From Minisyncoccota bacterium (GTDB lineage: Bacteria > Patescibacteriota > Minisyncoccia > Phycocordibacterales > JAACPR01): a stretch of 64,000 nucleotides of DNA. This document shows positions 58,072 through 64,000 of this stretch, in pieces (position 1 is the stretch's first letter; each line of letters starts with the position of its first letter). The translations under genes and the position numbers were made by a program. The stretch is from positions 34,841 through 98,840 of the forward strand of contig JBAYWG010000002.1 in NCBI GenBank assembly GCA_041674225.1. Reading direction: 5' to 3'. The notes under the pieces were generated by a model. The model ran no database searches, was not told the origin of the DNA, and saw only the letters and a list, made by a program, of their open reading frames with translations.

Positions 58072-59785
58072 CAATATAAGAATAAAAGTAGTTTTTGGCT
58101 GCGTTTTATTTGTAGCTTTTGTTTTGATTTTTAGATTGTATAGTTTGCAAATAATAAATGGCCAAGAATACATGGACGCGGCCGAGAAGAAATATGTTAC
58201 AAAAGTTCCGAACGTTTTTAACAGAGGAAGTATTTCTTTTACAACTAAAGACGGCGAAAAAATTGATGCGGCGACTATCCAAACTGGCTACACTGTTTCT
58301 TTTAATCCGAGTCTGATCACAGAACCTGCTGATGTTTATAACAAACTTTCTTTTGTTTTGGATGTGGATGCTGAAACTTTCACTGAAAGATTTGAGAGAC
58401 CAGATTCTCGTTATGCTGAAGTAGAAAAAAAATTAGATCAAGAAACTGCTGACAAAATTTTAGATTTAAAAATTAAAGGAGTTGGAATCAATAAAGAACG
58501 ATGGCGATTTTATCCTGGTAAAAATTTGGCATCAAATGTAATCGGATTCATGGGTTGGAAAGATGAAATTTATAAAGGTCAGTATGGATTAGAGAGACAA
58601 TATGAAGATCTTTTGAATAGAAATAAAGAAGATAACTATGAAAACTTTTTCGTGGAGATTTTTTCTGGAATAGGAGATGCTTTCAAAGGACGTGATTCTG
58701 ATGGTTCAATTGTGACAACTATCGAACCAACTGTACAATCTTTTGTTGAAGAAGAACTTCAAGAAACTCAGGCTAAATGGAATTCTAAAACAGTGGGTGC
58801 AATTGTGATGGATCCTTACACAGGTGAAATTATTTCAATGGCTAGCTATCCGACTTTTGATTTAAATAATTTCCGTGAAGTAGATGATGTTTCAATTTTT
58901 AATAATCCAATGGTGGAAGATGTTTATGAAATGGGTTCTATTGTAAAACCACTTACAATGGCAATTGGTTTGGAAACAAAAGCCGTCACAGCAAAAACTC
59001 AATACGAAGACACTGGAAGTTTGACCTTGAATGGTTTTACTATTCGTAACTATGACAAAAAAGCTAGAGGTGTAGTGACCATGCAAGACGTTTTAAATAA
59101 GTCTTTGAACACAGGAGTTGCTTTTGTTGTGAATAAGGTTGGTAATCAGATATTCGTAGATTATTTGAAAAAATTAGTCGCTGAAAAAACAGGAATTGAT
59201 TTACCAAACGAAGCACACCCTTTGATTGAAAACTTAAAAAACAATCGAGACATTGAATATGTTTCTGCATCTTATGGTCAAGGTATTGCTGTGAGTCCTA
59301 TTTCAATCACTAGAGCACTGGCAACACTTGGTAATGGGGGATTTCTTGTGACACCACATTTAGTAAAAGAAATAAAATATGAAAGTGGTCTGACTAAAAA
59401 AGTTTCTCCAGAAGTTGGTGAAAGAATTTTTTCTCAAGGTACATCAGAAGAAATTTCTAGAATGTTGACCAATGTTGTGGATGAAGCTTTGGCTGGTGGG
59501 GAAGTTGCTTTACCAAATCATTCGATCGCTGCCAAAACTGGAACCGCGCAAATAGCAGTAAAAGGTGGACGAGGGTATTACGATGATCGATTTTTACACT
59601 CATTTTTTGGGTACTTTCCGTCATTTAACCCTAGATTTATAGTGTTTATTTATCACACAGAGCCTACAGGAGCCGACTATTCTTCACAAACACTGACAGA
59701 ACCCTTTATGGACATTACGAAGTTTTTGATTAATTATTATGAGATTCCGCCCGACCGACAATTAAATGATAAAGGAAATATTTAA
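58058..59785 (+). CDS. ftsI: penicillin-binding protein FtsI (PBP3-like transpeptidase)
   Basis: GSIVKP (SxxK), SLN, KTGTA. Confidence 0.8.
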   Translation: MSKDNNIRIKVVFGCVLFVAFVLIFRLYSLQIINGQEYMDAAEKKYVTKVPNVFNRGSISFTTKDGEKIDAATIQTGYTVSFNPSLITEPADVYNKLSFVLDVDAETFTERFERPDSRYAEVEKKLDQETADKILDLKIKGVGINKERWRFYPGKNLASNVIGFMGWKDEIYKGQYGLERQYEDLLNRNKEDNYENFFVEIFSGIGDAFKGRDSDGSIVTTIEPTVQSFVEEELQETQAKWNSKTVGAIVMDPYTGEIISMASYPTFDLNNFREVDDVSIFNNPMVEDVYEMGSIVKPLTMAIGLETKAVTAKTQYEDTGSLTLNGFTIRNYDKKARGVVTMQDVLNKSLNTGVAFVVNKVGNQIFVDYLKKLVAEKTGIDLPNEAHPLIENLKNNRDIEYVSASYGQGIAVSPISITRALATLGNGGFLVTPHLVKEIKYESGLTKKVSPEVGERIFSQGTSEEISRMLTNVVDEALAGGEVALPNHSIAAKTGTAQIAVKGGRGYYDDRFLHSFFGYFPSFNPRFIVFIYHTEPTGADYSSQTLTEPFMDITKFLINYYEIPPDRQLNDKGNI

Positions 59786-61070
59786 AAAAATCATAATAGC
59801 TATACTGACACTAGAATCTAAAGCTGTTTTATTTAGATTTAAACCAAAGATAATAGCTATCACAGGTAATGTTGGAAAAACTTCTACAAAGGATGCAATC
59901 TTTACAGCTTTGTCGAACAATTTAAAAATTCGAAAGAATCAAAAAAGTTTCAATAGTGAAATTGGAACACCACTGACAATTCTAGGATTAGAAAATGCAT
60001 GGAACGATCCTTTCCTTTGGATAAAAAATATTTTTATTGGGGCATGTGTTCCTTTTAAAAATAAATATCCAGAATGGTTAGTATTAGAAGTTGGAGTTGA
60101 TAGACCTGGAGATATTCCAAGAGTTGCAAAGTGGTTGAAGCCTAATGTTGTAGTGATAACATCTCTTCCAAAAATTCCTGTGCATGTAGAATATTTTTCT
60201 TCACCTGACGCTGTGATAAAAGAAAAGCTTTCCCTTATAAATTTTTTAAAGAAAGATGGAACTTTGATTTTGAATGCTGACGATCCTTTAGTTTTTGCTG
60301 CAAAAGAAAAATTTGATGGAAATGTTTTAACTTACGGAAGCGATTCTACCGCTACCGTTTCTTATTCAAACAAAAATATTATTTATATGGAAAACGATGG
60401 GGTGCAATTGCCTGCAGGTATTTCTTTTAAAATATCACACTCCGGAAACTCTGTGCCAATGTCATTGCCGAAAGTGTTGGGAGTACAGCATATTCTGCCC
60501 GTGGTAGCTTCGATTGCCGTAGGGATTTCGCAAAATGTTCCTTTTTTGGATATGGTGAATTCTTTTGCAAAATTTGACCCGCCAAAAGGAAGGATGAATC
60601 TTATTTTAGGAAAAAATAATAGTATTGTAATAGATGATACTTATAACGCTGCACCTCTTGCTATGCAAAAAGCTGTAGAAGTTTTAGCAGAAATAGAAAC
60701 TAATGGGAATAAAATTGCTGTATTGGGAGATATGTTGGAGATTGGTCAGTATTCTGCGTCAGAACATAAAAAAATTGGCGAGCAAGTAGAAAAATCAAAA
60801 ATAAATTTATTAATTACTGTCGGCATTAGAGCACGATCGATCGCTGAATCTGCGATTGAGTCTGGTATGGATCAAAATTCAGTTTATCATTTTAAAGATT
60901 TTAAAGATGTTTCAACTTTAGTTTTGAGTAATTTGAAACCGTCGACAGTGGTTTTGGTAAAAGGATCTCAAGGTATCCGTTTAGAAAAAGTGGTAGAAGA
61001 TTTAATTTCAGAAGATTTAAATAAAACAGATTTATTGGTGCGTCAAGAAAAAGATTGGAAGAATAGGTAA
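59766..61070 (+). CDS. murF: Mur ligase, MurF-like (UDP-MurNAc-peptide D-Ala-D-Ala ligase)
   Basis: IAITGNVGKTSTK P-loop; IDDTYNAAP like MurF DDSYNANP. Confidence 0.6.
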   Translation: MIKEIFKKIIIAILTLESKAVLFRFKPKIIAITGNVGKTSTKDAIFTALSNNLKIRKNQKSFNSEIGTPLTILGLENAWNDPFLWIKNIFIGACVPFKNKYPEWLVLEVGVDRPGDIPRVAKWLKPNVVVITSLPKIPVHVEYFSSPDAVIKEKLSLINFLKKDGTLILNADDPLVFAAKEKFDGNVLTYGSDSTATVSYSNKNIIYMENDGVQLPAGISFKISHSGNSVPMSLPKVLGVQHILPVVASIAVGISQNVPFLDMVNSFAKFDPPKGRMNLILGKNNSIVIDDTYNAAPLAMQKAVEVLAEIETNGNKIAVLGDMLEIGQYSASEHKKIGEQVEKSKINLLITVGIRARSIAESAIESGMDQNSVYHFKDFKDVSTLVLSNLKPSTVVLVKGSQGIRLEKVVEDLISEDLNKTDLLVRQEKDWKNR

Positions 61071-61116
61071 CCTTTTTGTTGGCTAAAATATTAACTATTG
61101 TGTATAATGAGCATCC

Positions 61117-61446
61117 GTGATTTTTTCATGGGAGTTTTTTATGAATACTGGCAACGCTGAAAACGATATAATCAGAATGGAAAAAGAGCGAGAGGGCTAT
61201 ATAACAAAGCTGTTTTGGTTTGCTTTGGAAATTGCGCTTATATTTTTGGTACCAGCGCTAATTGCAGTTTTTATTTCAATAGAATTTTGGGGGAAAAAGG
61301 CGGTGTGGTATGCACTGCCTTTTACTTTTGTTTTGTCTTGGGTAATAGTAGTGATCCGTTGGAGAAAAATAAATAAAATTTTAACAAAATTAGATAAAGA
61401 TATTTTGGAATTAAAGAAACAAAAACATTATGATCGGGATAATTAG
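61117..61446 (+). CDS. small membrane protein, possible AtpI/AtpZ-like
   Basis: 2 TM; located immediately before atpB. Confidence 0.3.
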   Translation: MIFSWEFFMNTGNAENDIIRMEKEREGYITKLFWFALEIALIFLVPALIAVFISIEFWGKKAVWYALPFTFVLSWVIVVIRWRKINKILTKLDKDILELKKQKHYDRDN

Positions 61447-62212
61447 AGACATCACACCAATAAAATCTGCAGAGGTTTTTTCTTTGTATGGTTTTACAAT
61501 TGCCAATTCAACACTATTTATAATGATGATTTCTGTAATTGTTTTATTGTTCGGAGTTTTAGTTGTTAGAAAATTTTCTTTAGAAAATCCAAGTCGATTG
61601 CAGGTTGCAACTGAATCAGTTTACCTTGGGGCTTTTGATTTAATTCAAAATATTATTAATGACGAGAACAAAACTAGAAAAGCTTTTCCTGTTATTGGAG
61701 CTCTAATGTTTTATTTAATAATTGCAAACATAATTGGACTTATTCCTGGATTAGAACAATTAACTTTAAATGGAGAAGGGGTTTTTCGTACACCAACATC
61801 AGATTTTAATACAACATTTGGAATTGCTTTGGCGGCGATTGTGATTGTGAACTTCATTTCATTAAAGGAAAAGGGAATTCTTTTATATCTAGAACAATTT
61901 TTTAAATTTGGCGCAGTTTGGAAAGGATTTAAAAAAAGTATTGGTGATGGATTTATGGCAATCATAGATTTCTGTATTGGATTACTAGATATTGTTGGTG
62001 AATTTACAAAAGTTATTTCTTTATCTCTTCGACTTTTTGGAAACATGTACGCTGGACAAGTCTTAGCTGTAATCATTATGGGATTTTTCGCTGTCATTGT
62101 GCCATCAATTTGGTTGGCAATGAATCTATTTGTAGGAGTTCTTCAAGCTGTAGTCTTCGCCTCATTGGTGGCCTCCTATTATATGTTGGCCACAATCGAG
62201 GCAGAAGAGTAA
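61430..62212 (+). CDS. atpB: F0F1 ATP synthase subunit a
   Basis: SLRLFGNMYAGQ signature. Confidence 0.8.
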   Translation: MIGIIRDITPIKSAEVFSLYGFTIANSTLFIMMISVIVLLFGVLVVRKFSLENPSRLQVATESVYLGAFDLIQNIINDENKTRKAFPVIGALMFYLIIANIIGLIPGLEQLTLNGEGVFRTPTSDFNTTFGIALAAIVIVNFISLKEKGILLYLEQFFKFGAVWKGFKKSIGDGFMAIIDFCIGLLDIVGEFTKVISLSLRLFGNMYAGQVLAVIIMGFFAVIVPSIWLAMNLFVGVLQAVVFASLVASYYMLATIEAEE

Positions 62213-62239
62213 TAGATAATTATTAATTTAAAAAATTTT

Positions 62240-62455
62240 ATGGATCCAGTATCAGCAGCATTAATCGCCAAAGGAATGACAACATTATCAATGTTTGGTT
62301 CAGCTATTGGCGAAGGTTACCTTATCGGAAAGGCGCTTGAGGCTATGGGAAGAAACCCAGAAGCTTCAGGAGTTTTGTTTACAAGAATGATTATCGGAGT
62401 GGCGCTTGCTGAATCAACAGCGATTTACGCTTTCGTTGCATTCTTCCTAATTTAA
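62240..62455 (+). CDS. atpE: F0F1 ATP synthase subunit c
   Basis: 71 aa hairpin; GAIGEGY...LAESTAIYAFVAFF. Confidence 0.85.
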   Translation: MDPVSAALIAKGMTTLSMFGSAIGEGYLIGKALEAMGRNPEASGVLFTRMIIGVALAESTAIYAFVAFFLI

Positions 62456-62458
62456 TTT

Positions 62459-62911
62459 ATGGAAGCAGGAATACTTACAAAAATAGGATTTGATTTAGAA
62501 GTTGCATTGGCAAACTTTGTAAACTTTTTAATTATTTTCTTATTATTCAAAATATTCTTGTTTAAACCGATTCAAAATCTTATAGACAAAAGACGAGAAG
62601 AAATTAAAAATGGATTAGCACAAGCTTCGCAAGCACAAATTTCTTTAAATTTAGCTGAGGAAGAATCAGAGAAATTAATAAAGGAAGCGAGATTAAAGGC
62701 TAACAGTATTTTGTCAGAAGCAAAAAGTCATGCAGACGATATTTCTGAAAAAGCAATTTTGGAAGGTAGAGCAAATGCTTTGAAAATTAAAGAAAGAGCA
62801 GAGCATGATATAGCTCAAGAAAAAGACAAGATGCGTCAGGACGTTGAAAAAGAAATGACGAGTTTAGTTTCTTCTTTGACTGAAAAAGTTGTAAGAGGAG
62901 AATCAAAATAA
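62459..62911 (+). CDS. atpF: F0F1 ATP synthase subunit b
   Basis: N-terminal TM plus long charged helix. Confidence 0.65.
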   Translation: MEAGILTKIGFDLEVALANFVNFLIIFLLFKIFLFKPIQNLIDKRREEIKNGLAQASQAQISLNLAEEESEKLIKEARLKANSILSEAKSHADDISEKAILEGRANALKIKERAEHDIAQEKDKMRQDVEKEMTSLVSSLTEKVVRGESK

Positions 62912-62912
62912 T

Positions 62913-63269
62913 ATGAGTATTGGTAGAAAACTAGCAGAAAAAACTTCAGGAAAAAATTCTTTAAAATCAGAAATGGTTTTGGATAGTTTAAAAAAATATA
63001 ATTTAGAATCTATTTTGCCTAATTTCGGAAAAAGTTTTAAAAAAAATATTCAAAATGAAGAATTTTACAAAGTGTGTAGAATTTTCTCATCAGAAAAATT
63101 GAGCGATTCTGAAATTAATAATATAAAAGATAAATATAAAATCCCTGCAGATGTTGAAACTAGTACTCATTTAGACGAGAATATTTTAGGTGGAGTGGTG
63201 GTTTATTATCAAGGAAAAAAATGGAACGATAGTGTACGTGGTGCATTAAATCGTTTCAATGAAATGTAG
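62913..63269 (+). CDS. atpH: F0F1 ATP synthase subunit delta (short)
   Basis: Synteny; C-terminal ILGGVVVYYQGKKWNDSVRGALNRF. Confidence 0.5.
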   Translation: MSIGRKLAEKTSGKNSLKSEMVLDSLKKYNLESILPNFGKSFKKNIQNEEFYKVCRIFSSEKLSDSEINNIKDKYKIPADVETSTHLDENILGGVVVYYQGKKWNDSVRGALNRFNEM

Positions 63270-63274
63270 AATTT

Positions 63275-64000
63275 ATGAGTGATTCATTAGTAAAAAGATT
63301 AGAACAAAAGATAGAAGCGCTTTCTATTGATACTGAATACAATGAAATTGGTAAGGTTGTCAGTATTTCTGATGGTATTGCTACAATTTCAGGATTGTTC
63401 AATTGTAAATCAATGGAACTTTTATCTTTTTCGAACGGACTACGCGGAATTGCTTTAAACTTAGAAGTTGATAGCGTCGGAGCTGTTATCTTGGGAGATT
63501 ATAAAAGTATTTCTGAAGGGGACGAAGTAAAAAGAACAAATCAAGTTTTGTCTGTACCTGTTTCAGATGAAATTTTGGGAAGAGTTGTGAATCCTTTAGC
63601 TGAAGCGATTGATGGAAAATCTGATTTAACAAAAGGAGAACCTCAATTATTGGAAAAAGTTTCACCGGGGGTAATCGAAAGGGAGTCAGTTTCTGTCCCA
63701 CTTCAAACTGGTATTAAAGTAATTGATGCTTTGGTTCCTATTGGACGTGGACAAAGACAATTGATTTTGGGAGATCGACAAACAGGAAAAACTACAATCG
63801 CTGTCGATACAATCATCAACCAAAAAGGAAAAGGAGTGAAATGCGTTTATGTTGCTGTTGGTCAAAAACAATCAAAAGTTATGCAACTTGTTCAACTTTT
63901 AGAAAAAGCTGGAGCAATGGAATACACAACGGTTGTTTTGGCTGGAGCATCTGATTCACCTTCATTTTTATATTTAGCGCCTTACACAGGAGTAACAATC
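63275..64000 (+). CDS. atpA: F0F1 ATP synthase subunit alpha, 3'-truncated at window end
   Basis: GDRQTGKTTIAVDTIINQ Walker A; N-terminal beta-barrel domain. Confidence 0.85.
   Translation, partial: MSDSLVKRLEQKIEALSIDTEYNEIGKVVSISDGIATISGLFNCKSMELLSFSNGLRGIALNLEVDSVGAVILGDYKSISEGDEVKRTNQVLSVPVSDEILGRVVNPLAEAIDGKSDLTKGEPQLLEKVSPGVIERESVSVPLQTGIKVIDALVPIGRGQRQLILGDRQTGKTTIAVDTIINQKGKGVKCVYVAVGQKQSKVMQLVQLLEKAGAMEYTTVVLAGASDSPSFLYLAPYTGVTI

Overview
AT-rich, gene-dense bacterial window whose gene content and compact operons look like a reduced-genome Patescibacteria/CPR-like organism. This lineage call is inference from gene content only. Most of the window is housekeeping. Identified genes: gltX, an ABC-F ATPase, zwf, a cyclase-family hydrolase and PGI in one operon, mscL, lexA, cspA, eno, gpmI, a Pif1-like helicase, an acyl-lipid desaturase, a TrmB regulator, a LemA-TPM-TPM operon, a SemiSWEET, a NUDIX hydrolase, hpf, a cyclophilin, def-fmt, priA, two mreB copies with mreCD-pbp2, holB-like, frr, rseP, proS, greA, lysS, a minimal dcw cluster (mraZ-rsmH-ftsL-ftsI-murF) and the start of the F-ATPase operon (atpI-like, B, E, F, H, A partial). 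One tRNA, tRNA-Asn(GTT), lies on the minus strand at 37405-37478. The standout is an ~8.2 kb region (about 29190-37400) immediately downstream of tRNA-Asn. It is a tandem array of at least 13 short, mostly single-gene, minus-strand cassettes. Each cassette is preceded by a conserved ~32-55 bp direct repeat that mimics the 3' end of the tRNA-Asn gene, followed by a sigma70-type promoter (sometimes consensus TTGACA-16/17-TATAAT), and most end in a GC-rich hairpin terminator. The tRNA-proximal cassettes encode resistance-type enzymes: a chloramphenicol-phosphotransferase-like P-loop kinase, an ANT/Lnu-like nucleotidyltransferase and a GNAT acetyltransferase. No integrase is present in the window. 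This looks like an integrase-less, integron-like or tRNA-hotspot cassette array. Other oddities: a PriA homolog with both Walker A and B motifs degenerate; a 28-bp perfect inverted repeat (MITE-like or long hairpin RNA) in a hairpin-rich 400-bp non-coding stretch; an orphan Cas4-like nuclease paired with a coiled-coil protein; TGGGN MraZ-box repeats upstream of mraZ; and duplicated gene/UTR modules.
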